This document shows positions 13,498-24,745 of a stretch of DNA of 38,827 bases, piece by piece; the stretch's first letter is position 1; each line of letters opens with the position of its first letter. The position numbers and the translations under genes are program-made. The notes under the pieces were generated by a model. That model was not told the origin of the DNA, did not search any database, and saw only the letters and a program-made list of their open reading frames with translations. Origin of the DNA: Octopus bimaculoides. Lineage: Eukaryota. Location: positions 123,789,980 to 123,828,806 of the forward strand of contig NC_068983.1 of NCBI RefSeq assembly GCF_001194135.2, read 5' to 3'.

Positions 13498-13498
13498 G

Positions 13499-13540
<42 letters not shown>

Positions 13541-14032
13541 NNNNNNNNNNNNNNNNNNNNNNNNNNNNNNNNNNNNNNNNNNNNNNNNNNNNNNNNNNNN
13601 NNNNNNNNNNNNNNNNNNNNNNNNNNNNNNNNNNNNNNNNNNNNNNNNNNNNNNNNNNNNNNNNNNNNNNNNNNNNNNNNNNNNNNNNNNNNNNNNNNNN
13701 NNNNNNNNNNNNTATATTTATATGTATATGTATATAAGCAAGCTGATTGATTCATTAGAATGCTGGACAAAATAATTACCTGCATTTTATTTGTCTTAAT
13801 GTTCTGAGTTCAAATTCCACCAAGTTAACTTTGCCTATCATCCTTTCAGGGTTGATAAAATAAGTTCCGATTGAGCACTGGGGTAGGTTGAGGTGGTCAA
13901 TGTAATCAAAACAGCAGTGCCCCAGCATGTCCACAGCTCTCAACCTGAAACTAGTAAAAAAAAATATATTCATTGTATCATGTAGGTGAATAGGTAATTA
14001 TTGCACTGCCTAGCTGTACAGGAAATTGTGAA

Positions 14033-14287
14033 GGTGTGTGGCTTAATGGTTAGGATGTTGGACTCATGAATATAAGATTGTGCTATAAATTCCTGGACCA
14101 GGCAATGCATTGTGTTCTTGAACAAAGCACTTCATTTCACATTGCCTCAGTCCACTCAGCTGGCAAAAATGAGAAATCCTGTGACAGGCCGGCATTCCAT
14201 TCAGGTGAGGAATATATGCGTCATGAAACTGAGAAACCAGCCCTTATGAGAGAGCGTGACTCAAGAAGGTAACTTTACCTTTACCTT
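14033..14287 (+). mobile_element. tRNA-derived SINE family E
   Basis: Head GTGGCTTAATGGTTAGGATGTTGGACTC, CORE-like TTGAACAAAGCACTT segment, (ACCTTT)n tail. Confidence 0.6.
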
Positions 14288-14391
14288 AGGTACAGGAAAT
14301 TAGTGTGCCACCTTTGTATATAGCATTTGTGCCATCTAGGAGTGTCACCTCTATTGACAAATATATTTATAAGAGAAGAAATACTCTACAT

Positions 14392-14727
14392 CAGTGGTTC
14401 TCAACTGGGCTCCATATGACCCCCTGAGGGTCCCTACAAGATTTTGAGATGTCCACGCAATGAAATAGTAAATTGGGGATCCACAATAGTATTTTAAGGG
14501 CCCCTGAAAATTTTTTGCTTTAGATGTATGTATTGCAAGAAAACAGCTAAGTTTCTTTCTTTAACATTTCACATAGGTCAACTTATACAAGTTGTGTGAA
14601 ACAAAATACAAATTTTGAAAGAAGTTTCCATAAAACTAGTTTTTAAACATCGAATGGCTTTGGGGGTCCACCAGAGTTAAATAGAAATCAAAGGGGCCGA
14701 TAGGTAAAAGATGATTGAGAACATCTG
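14392..14727. mobile_element. hAT (Charlie-type) MITE, 336 bp
   Basis: TIR CAGTGGTTCTCAA / CAGATGTTCTCAA; perfect 8-bp TSD CTCTACAT at 14384-14391 and 14728-14735. Confidence 0.9.
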
Positions 14728-15104
14728 CTCTACATAGTCATTTAACCTGTGAGACATTGCAGTCAAATCTTCCTTATATCATATGCCAATACCTTAAAAA
14801 AGGAAGCACATATTACTCTGAGTAAAGAAAAGGATGGGATGGTCGCAGTTAGAATGTTTTTCTCTAATTGTAGGTCTGCTGCATCAGAGCTGAACAAAAA
14901 TATATTTTATGAATGAGGCACCTTTATGATAATCCGCGATGACAATGAAAAATATCATTAATCGTTGACATGAGGAGAAGTAGGAGGAAGGGTGGGTTGT
15001 TGATAATACTTCCAATCCCACCCTGACCTCCACTATAATAAATGTAAGGTAGAGATAGTTGAGTGAGATTAATACAGTCAATGATTCAGAGGAGACGGTG
15101 GGGG

Positions 15105-15325
15105 TGGGGGTGGGGTGATGATAATGAGGATAAGGATGATGGCAATGATGATGATGATGAACAAGAAAAGAAGGACAGTATTAGTGGTGGTATTGGTGGT
15201 GATGATGATGAGAAGCAGAGAAGGAGAAAGATTGTGGCAATGGTGGTGGTGGTGGTGGTGGTGGTGGTGGTGGTGGTAGTGGTGGCAGCAGTGGAGAATG
15301 TGGTAATTATAATGATGATGATGGT
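15105..15325. repeat. Degenerate (GAT)n/(GGT)n tract
   Basis: Visible directly. Confidence 0.85.
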
Positions 15326-16664
15326 TTTATTATAAGGATTAATGCTTAATAACCAACACTCTATAACAGAATGAATGACAAATGTATAGACACACAAATA
15401 CACAAACTCTCAAGCATGCACAAACACATATACACACAGTTATACATACATAGATACGCACATACAAATATTCTGTCATCTCTCTCTTGTTGGCAAACAC
15501 CAGATTTTACAATTCCTAAACATTTCTCTATATTCCTCTAGTCGTTCATTCTAAGATCTGGTAGTGACAGTTAGACTAGGCATTATTGATGAAGTCCAAT
15601 AATGATGAAACATGTCACCATGTTGCCAAAGTTCAAATTCACTCATCCTTATATTCTATTCATAATTAATTCTTATTAATTTAAACTTCCAGTTTATTAA
15701 TTTAAACTCACGTCTTTCTCAACCAGAATTAATCATTAAACTAATGATTTTCTTTTACACTTCTCATTAAATATGTAATTTTAATTAATATTCATTGTCT
15801 TCTTACTTCCTTAAATACATTAACACCTGCTGTACTATTATTCTTCAAGTAGCTGGTGTCCCTGGAGACTTCCCCTCCCCCACTCCATCTACAGTCATTC
15901 AACACATTACAAAATCAGGATCCAAACTTCCATTCTATGTAGAATATTGTCTTGAATTATTTTTCCCAGACTGTGTTTCAAGAAAATCAGTTTTTTGTTC
16001 CACTTTATTTTGAATGAAATGATCAACATTGTTCAACAAATATCCCTTTCTACTTTAGGCACAAAGCCTGAAATTTTGGGGGAGGGAGCCAGTCAATTAG
16101 ATCGACCACAGTACACAACTGGTACTTAATTTATCAACCCCAGAAGGATGAAAGGCAAAGTCAACCTTGGCGGAATTTGGACTCAGGACATAAAGACAGA
16201 CGAAATACCACTAAGCATTTTGCCCAATGTGCTAACGTTTCTGCCAGCTCACTGCCTACTGTTTAATAAATATTGCCTAATTTCTCACTGACTGTTCAAT
16301 AGTAAATTTAAGATAAACTTTGGTTAAATTTTTTTCATAAAACCTCTTATTGTGGTTTGTTTTTGTATTTCTTTTATAAGATTCAAATGAGGTCATCAGA
16401 AAGAGACATTTGTACTTCATTGTCTTACAATGATAAATGCTTGTACAACACAAGTACCACTCTCAGAGTTTCTGTGATTAGTACCTAATGACAGGTCAAA
16501 GTGAGATGAGCAGTAACCACAAGAAACCACAGGGTTTACACCTGATTATCCATCACCTAAGATGTTATAGCAACAACCTGGAATCCCTCACTCTCAGTGG
16601 ATTGTCTGCATGCCCTGACACCAACCAAGGGTATTTCTGTGTCTTTGTGCTCAGATGGATTGTC

Positions 16665-17061
16665 ATGTTGTTGTTTGTTTGTTGGCACTCCGTCTCTTAT
16701 GACGTCGAGGGTTCCAGTTGATCTGATCAACGGAACAGCCTGCTCGTGAAATTAACGTGCAAGTGGCTGAGCACTCCACAGACACGTGTACCCTTAATGT
16801 AGTTCTCGAGGATATTCAGCATGACACAGTGTGACAAGGCTGACCCATTGAATTACAGGTACAACAGAAACAGGAAGAAAGAGTGAGAGAAAGTTGTGGT
16901 GGAAGAGTACAGCAGGGTTCGCCACCATTCCTTGCCGGAGCCTTGTGGAGCTTTAGGTGTTTTCGCTCAATAAACACTCACAATGCTCAGTCTGGGAATC
17001 GAAACCGCGATCCTATGACTGTGAGTCCGCTGCCCTAATCACTGGGCCATTGCGCCTCCAC
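16665..17061 (-). mobile_element. tRNA-derived SINE family D, near full length
   Basis: Minus-strand head GTGGAGGCGCAATGGCCCAGTGATTAGGGCAGCGGACTC...GGTTTCGATTCC has Pol III A and B boxes but continues into a non-tRNA body. Confidence 0.75.
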
Positions 17062-18758
17062 TGGACTGTCATGTTATATATTAGTTAACCCATAGTTGAG
17101 GCTGTAATAGGTGTTGCAGATCTGAGCCAGATTAGGCCTGGAAACAATAGTGATTAAGAAGTGGTTCCACACTCCTCAAAACCCTGGAAATTCCAAACCA
17201 GATCTCCACTACCAGTTGCAGTTTAAAGGACATACCCAGGATATACATACATACCCACACATAACTACATACATACATGCAATTCCAGATATATAGATGT
17301 GTATGTATGTGTATATTGAGTATCTTATGATAGCCATTGCATAATAGGTATATCTAGTTATCTACGAATTGTGTGGGTGTCAAATTTTATGATAATAGTT
17401 GTGTGATAGAAAGTCTGTATCGTACGTATCGTATTTCTTTCATTGTCAGAGAAACAAAAGGAATCACATGGGAATTACCCCAGTTGACAATTGGGGAAAA
17501 ATTATGATCGATAATTCATCGATAGCAATGAAACTTCTAAATAGCATATTGATTTTATTGATTATATTGAGCCAAAGAATATATCCACTCATTATTGCTA
17601 TGGATTCATTGATTGGGGAAGTGAGTATTTATATATTCAACAACGTCCTATTGGATATTCTAATGGCTTTCACTTACACTTGTATAACTACTGTAGTAGT
17701 TGTGGTTTTCATCTATGAGTTTAGTCGATGACACCGTTTCCATTCTAATGTTATAACCTCTTATATTCAGTGGTTAATGTCTTCCAGGAAAATCTTAAAC
17801 TTCTGAAATCCATTTTGCTTTTTCATCAATATATTCTAATTTATTTCTGGGTTAACATGCAGTTTACTGTTATGAAAAAGGGAAAGTAAATTATCCTAAA
17901 AAAATGAAAGTAAATTGCAATAGAAACTGAATTTGACGACAATGACATCCCATAACTGCATGTAAACAATGTATGTGCCATAACCAACAAATTGAATGTA
18001 CAAGTATTTAATATAACATGAAAACCACACATATATTTTATATAAAATGAAAACAATCACACATTTCAGTGGTGTTCATTGCTGGATAAAGTATATTGAA
18101 ATAGTGTACCTCAGCTACTATTTCTGAAATACTTAAAATATCACTAGAAGTGATATGTTACTGTACAAGTAGGTGTGCCTGTGGACGTGGCATAATGAGG
18201 GAGTTCTTTATATTCATTTATGAAATTTTGGGATATTACTGTTGTCAGTTTTGGTTTCTATCAATTTATTTTCACTTTCATAGAACAATTTACTATCACT
18301 TTTTTATGATCGTAAACTTCAAGTTAACCATATTTCTTCCAGAGTGACAGAAACAATGAGGCACTGGACTAATTGTTTTAAAATATTTAGTTTTATTCTT
18401 CAATCAAAGTTGACTGAGTTCACCTTTTATCCTTCCAAGCATTGACAAGATAAGTAGCTGTCATATGTCTAAGTTGATAAAATGGTCCTTACAAAAAACA
18501 CTTCATATAATGGTTACAAACATGTGGCAATGAACAAAACAAAGGCATGTAAAATAAGGGATTATCAGAGACATTAGACATTCTAAAAATTTTGATATAA
18601 ATCTAACATACATAAACACTGGATAATTTGAAAAGAGATAATTTTAAAAAATAAACTAAAAAAAACATATAAGGTAACCCACTTATAAAACTGGTAAGAG
18701 CTCTCTACTTCAGTTGGACCAGAATACTCTGCTGCCAGTTATTGGCACTGCTATACTA

Positions 18759-18968
18759 CAGGGTGTCCACAAAGTCTAGGTACATGGAGTAAATAAAATC
18801 ATAACATAAACAATTAAATATAAGACTTGTTTTTCTGGAGTATGTTGAAAGAGAAAGTTTACTCAATAAAGATTACAGATTTATTTATTAACATTATAAT
18901 TAAATAAAATTGTTTTGTTTTAAAAGTATGTGTTAATCCCCATGTACCCAGACTTTGTGGACACCCTG
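18759..18968 (+). mobile_element. Tc1/mariner-type MITE, 210 bp, with a short transposase remnant
   Basis: 29-bp TIRs CAGGGTGTCCACAAAGTCT(A/G)GGTACATGG (1 mismatch), TA TSD. Internal DLFFWSMLKEKVYSIKITDL resembles the Tc1-family DFFLWGxLKxKVY motif. Confidence 0.9.
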
Positions 18969-19791
18969 TAGAATGTATCTGTGAACATTCTGATGTCAGA
19001 TTGGATCCAAGATTTCTCATATCCTATAAGAAATGGCACACTAATCAACTGCACATTTGGTTTTCACAATCCTTTAAGTGTTACATCACAAAGTCTATCA
19101 TTTAAGTGTTATGTCACAAATTCAGAGTCCCTCTTCTCTCCAGTAAGCACATTGTTTCTCCCTTCAATATTCTTCAATTCATTTAGCATTTCTACCAGAT
19201 TAACACTTGTTTTACTAAGAACTGAACTTCAATTAGACATGGTTGGGGAATGTGCTCTTCCCCATATGTTTTTAGGTTACCTTCTCTTCATCTGCATACC
19301 ACTGCTCATACTGAAAGCTGGGGCAGTGAAAGACACTGTGGATATTGTTGAGGTTGGTCATGACATCAAGCATCCCACATTCTATCAGTAAACCAGTTTT
19401 AGGATATCATAGTTAACTACTGTTGTCTTACCTTATAATTCTTATCTTACCCTATAACAGTTGCCTTGCCTTATAACAGAATATCATGCCTTAAAACTGT
19501 TATCTTACCTAATAACTATTATCTTGCCTTATACTAATCCAATACTTTATCTTTCCAATGTCTCTTGAATTATTTTGTCCTTTTCTAAATCTCATCAATT
19601 AGCAGCATGTTCCTCCCATTTTTATTGAGGTCTTTCATTTGTTCCATCAGTAAAGCACTGGTTTTTCATGCAACTGTAAAAACAAGTCTTAGAGAAAAGA
19701 ACCCCACATAACCTCATTCTATCTGATCTCATTTTAGGTAGGCTTTTCTGTTTAGTGAGTCTTTTTCCTCTTTATACTGACTGTCAATGTT

Positions 19792-19795
<4 letters not shown>

Positions 19796-19883
<88 letters not shown>
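19796..19883. repeat. (CT)n microsatellite
   Basis: Pure array of about 44 units. Confidence 0.95.
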
Positions 19884-19886
<3 letters not shown>

Positions 19887-22003
19887 GAGAGAGGAGATAG
19901 CATGTCTGTGGGTCAGAGATTTGGTTACATTTCATTGCCAAATATTTCAGTACTTAGTATCAATTCTAAAGATTTTTGGAATCACATTGCCATGACACCT
20001 GGTGCATTAATAAGTTTAGAATGTTTTGTAGTATACTGGAATGTTAAAACTAAATTGCTAGTTGCTATTTTTCTGAAAAACTTTGGCAAATAGTATCATA
20101 GGTGTGTATATTGGGTTAAAATTAATGCCAGAATTGTGCTTTTGATGATGAAGATAATGCCATCGCTAATTTTCAAAATAATCATTTTAAGTGATAAAAT
20201 TTTAAGACCTTTTCACAAATTTTTCTCCAAAGTACATTTTGTATTTAAAAACAATATTTGTGTCACAAGCAATCTCTTTTTTTAACCGTTTTAATACCAA
20301 CCTGCCTAAGAACACCTCAAATTCTATGATACAGACTTGTGTTAAATTGATCTAAATTATAATATTTAATAAAAAGTTATGTTAATTTTTGTTATAATTT
20401 ATGTTAATTTTTGTTATAAATGACAAAGTTATTTTACTAAATTCTTCATTTTCAAACTTAATTGACACAAAGACAATATCCCATCACAAATACAGTAACA
20501 AAAGGTTTAAACTAAGCTTTCTTACCATTCTTTGTGGCATCCTTTTCCATTTCAATTACCTTCAGTTTTTATTGTTTTACTTTTATTTACTCCATTTTTC
20601 TTGTTTTTAAACTGTTTTTGATGTTTTTGTTGAATTTCTCTTAGATTTTTGAAAGCTGTGTATGTTCATTTCATACAACTTTCAAAGAATTTTACATCAC
20701 TGGATATCTCTTTAAATCACTGAAAAAGATTATTATAAACAAGAGGGGAATATATTTGTTCCCCTCTTCAATATGTTCAATGTATTTGACATTGAACATA
20801 TTGAAATAAAATGAAAAATTTATTACATCTATTCACTGCTTCCATTCAGTTGATGATTAAATCTTAGTAAAACAACAGAGAGCAATCAGATTATTGTGTG
20901 ACAGATTATTAATGTACATCATAGCAAATTAAAATGTCTAAATATGAAATTACTTAATATGAAATTACTTTAAATTAAAGCTATGTTTGTCTTGATCTTC
21001 ATTTCTTGTATAAAGTAAATCTTTGAACTATAGAAAAAAAAAAACCTGATAAACAGTTTCATAATATCTTTCCATAAACAAAAACATAATAAATAAATAA
21101 AACATTTGTTTAAGTGTGATTAATAACTGCCATTATCAAATTAGCTGTTGAAATAAACTAGCGTTAACGACAAACTTTTTGCAGTTCAGATTTTTCACAC
21201 TTCTTCATTTCCCAGCAAATATATTTATTACACAGATGTTGGTTGATAAAGCAAATATTACTTTCTTTGTCTTTTCTTTCATTCTTGCCTTAAATATTTG
21301 TTCTTGGTTTGTCTTTTCACGGTTTATGAGATTATTGAATTAAATTTGCCTTTTAATTGGAATGGCAAATGCAATAAAGTACCAAACTGGATGCAGTTCA
21401 GTATTTTGCATTGTAGCTCTAGGTTATGATTTCAAACTTCCAACTTTGATTGTCATTTATCTAGCATTGATAAAATAATTACTAGTAATATATTGAATCC
21501 GGTGATCCTGCAATAACATAAGAAATCAATATATTCTAAATGATTGACTTCATCTTGAGGGAAAAAGATAAGCAAATGTAACATGAAGGATCCTTTTTTG
21601 CAGTCAGCCAACATGCTGGAAATAGCAAGGAAATCTCCCTTAGATTATACTCTATCTGCTTGTAAATGGAGGGACATATTGAATAATGTATTCCTAAATA
21701 TGCAATGCTCCAGAGGAGACTGCATCTTCATGGCTGAAACACCTTTGTTGATAAGTTTGATTAGTTACGACTGACCCATGGCTAACAACAGCCTAAGCGG
21801 AAGGAAATACATTTTACCCACTCTTTCCCAGCTATTGAATTACAGAATTAGATAAAGAAAGAGAGATTTATAGACATATAGATATGCATACAAGCTTCAT
21901 ATATATTTATACACACACATGCATACATATATATATATATAATGTATGTATGTATGTTTGTCTATATATGTATAGGTGTGTGTGTTGTTTGCATTAAGGT
22001 TCT

Positions 22004-22500
22004 GCAACCACAAACCTGAAGGCATCGTTGAAAATAGAAATGCAAAGATCCTATGGGATTTTATGATTCAGTGCGACCATGAGATAGAGAATAGGAAACC
22101 AGACATAGTCTTAATTGAGAAAGAAAACAAACTATGTTGGATCATAGACATAGCATGCCCAGCTGACAACAAGGTACACGATAAGGAAGAAAGAAAAGTA
22201 GAGAGATATGACAGGTTAGCTTGGGAAGTTAAGCAGTTGTGGTCAATGAAAAAGGTGGTAGTAGTACCAATAATTGTCGGAGCCCTGGGAACAGTGAGCA
22301 AAAATTTCGAGAAGTACATGGAACAAATAGGGGCTGCAATAAGGGTGAAGCACTTGCAGAAAATAGCACTGCTTGGAACCGCTCAAATACTCCAGAAGGT
22401 GCTTGAAAAATAAGAGGTGTTACCTTAGTTCACTGGTAGTGAACAGCTGACACTAGTACATCTCTAGGATTAGAAGCTGTGCAAAGGCAATGATGATGAT

Positions 22501-22533
<33 letters not shown>
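22004..22533 (+). mobile_element. 5'-truncated non-LTR retrotransposon with restriction-like endonuclease (R4/Dong-like)
   Basis: Open frame to stop at 22413 with ILWDF, RKPDIVL, IIDIACP, KVERY, VVPIIVGALG and LQKIALLGTAQIL motifs; short 3' UTR and (TAA)n tail. Confidence 0.88.
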
Positions 22534-22539
22534 TGAACA

Positions 22540-22576
22540 TGTATGTATGTACATATACATATATATGTATGTATAG

Positions 22577-22610
<34 letters not shown>

Positions 22611-22612
22611 AA

Positions 22613-22663
<51 letters not shown>

Positions 22664-22690
22664 GACAGTGAGATAGATAGATAGATAAAG
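22540..22690. repeat. Compound (TATG)/(GATA)/(GA)/(GACA) microsatellite
   Basis: Visible directly. Confidence 0.9.
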
Positions 22691-23567
22691 AGAGAGAGAT
22701 TTATAAGACATATAGATATACATACAAGCATACATATATATTTATACACACACACACACACATGCATACATATATATATAATGTATGTATGTATGTATGT
22801 TTGTCTATATATGTAAAGATGTGTGTGTTGTTTGCATTAAGGTTCTAGCTCAATGTAAATGTATTTTGAAGAAAATCTACTGGCTGCATATGGCAAAAAC
22901 AAATATAGGTATACAAATACATACATAGTATAATTGTGAATTTGCACAGATAACATATGTACATGATTACTGATTGGGTTGTAGGTGTAGCATGAAGACA
23001 ATAACTAAAAGCAGTGTATGAAGGATATGTAATGTAACTGAAGCCCTTCCATTTTCATGCCACACTTATGAGTAATGGTAAAGCATTGCAACCCAATCAA
23101 AATATTTATCAATAGATATGTATATACCAGTCACAGTAACTACACCTTATATATTGTGTATATGTCCTCATTTACCTTCTTTTCTATCCTTCTGTTCTTA
23201 TGTTTGCTTTCCTACCCTAATGTTCAAATATGAATTGTTTTGAACAGTATAAATAAAGATATTCTTCTCCAAAAGCAATAATAATTTGATTACTTTAGTG
23301 TACATAGCAACAAAGAATATCAGAGATTATATAGAAACTGAACTATATGCTTTTGTTTCACTGAAATCCAAAATTCTAGATTCTTTCATGACAGTATAAT
23401 TGGAAAACATACATTATTTGTTGGTTATATATAATATACTGTTGCTAAGCAACAAGGTAATCAGGGATTATCTATCTTTTGAATATTTAAGAAACTTGAA
23501 ATAAAGAAAAAAATTCTTAATAAAATAGATTTGTGCTGGTATTTTGCTTTTAATACTGGATAGTTTT

Positions 23568-23790
23568 AAGGTGGTGAGCTGGCAGAAATGTTTGCATGCT
23601 GGGTAAAATCATTAGTGGTATTTCATCTGTCTTTATGTTCTGAGTTCAAATTCCACTGAGGTTGACTTTGCCTTTCATCCTTTCACGGCCAATAAATTAA
23701 GTACCAGTTGCATACTGGAGTTGATCTAATCGACTGGCCCCACCTCCCCAAAAATTTCGGGCCTTGTGCCTAGAGTTGAAAAGAATATTA
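23568..23790 (+). mobile_element. SINE family C (Nin-domain-like core)
   Basis: GTTCTGAGTTCAAATTCC B-box-like motif and GTTGACTTTGCCTTTCATCCTTT...AAGTACCAG core. Further copies at about 11020-11140 (-), 13790-13925 (+), 16065-16258 (-), 29835-30100 (-) and 35805-36020 (+). Confidence 0.75.
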
Positions 23791-24745
23791 GATAGTTTTA
23801 GAAAATGGAAATGATTTGGCAGAATTGTTAGCATGCCAGACAAAATGCTTAGTAGTATATCATCAATTTGAGCTTCACAAAAGATCTGACAGAGGACTGA
23901 GATGATTGGTGGTTCACCATACTCAAAGGGACATTTTTGTCTCAGCATAAGTGAAGTCCTAAAGACATTATGTTTATATTCATACACTCACCGGGCCCTT
24001 CCTCTGCACCCAATCTGTCCCCATCAAGCCTCTTCCATCCCTCATTTTCCTAACACCCATCTCTTCACTCTTCTGACTACACCACTATTTAACTACTATA
24101 ATGAGATGAAAGCAGATAGTGCACATATTTCATCCCTCTTTCTACTACCAGTTACTTCTCCTTTTCCTTGGAACTACTTCCTTTCAAAACCCATCCTATA
24201 TTCTCAATATCATCCCTTTCCTCTTTATTCTCCCTGAACTTAAGACCATCTTAAGACCATCATATGATGTCTTTAATACCTATTCTGATCTGTTATCATT
24301 CTCAGTACATTCTCATATCTGCTGTCAATGGTTTCTTCCCCACTTTTGTTCCCCACTTTTGTTCCCCACTTTTGTCCCCCACTCATTATAGCCACCCCTA
24401 TGTACCTCTGCATCCGTCTCTGCCACTGTATATCTGTCTTCCATCCACCGCACTCTCCCACCCAAGATGTCACCTCCATATTTTCTGATTTACAACAGGT
24501 TTATTTTATAGCTGCTCTCCTCCCTTGCTGTACTGCCACTTATTTCCTCATTCCTGCAACACTCCTATTTGATTCACCTTCTCCCATCCCCAAACTGATA
24601 TTTACTATCTAACACACCTCCAACTTTCTTCTATTCACTACATACACCTCCACCCATCTCTAACCATCTGTCACTCTTCCCTCACACTCTAATGATCCTA
24701 TCACCCCACATCCTTACCAATTCTTTGTCCATATTTTATCATGTA

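Noticed and set aside
16985-17061. tRNA gene
   Set aside because: Has A and B boxes but no clean cloverleaf or acceptor stem and runs into a repeat body; it is a SINE head (same for 28588 and 14033).
19276-19352. Possible + strand exon (YLLFICIPLLILKAGAVKDTVDIVE) and overlapping - strand exon-like frames
   Set aside because: Weak donor (GTTGGT), no recognisable homology, and no consistent spliced frame on the minus strand.
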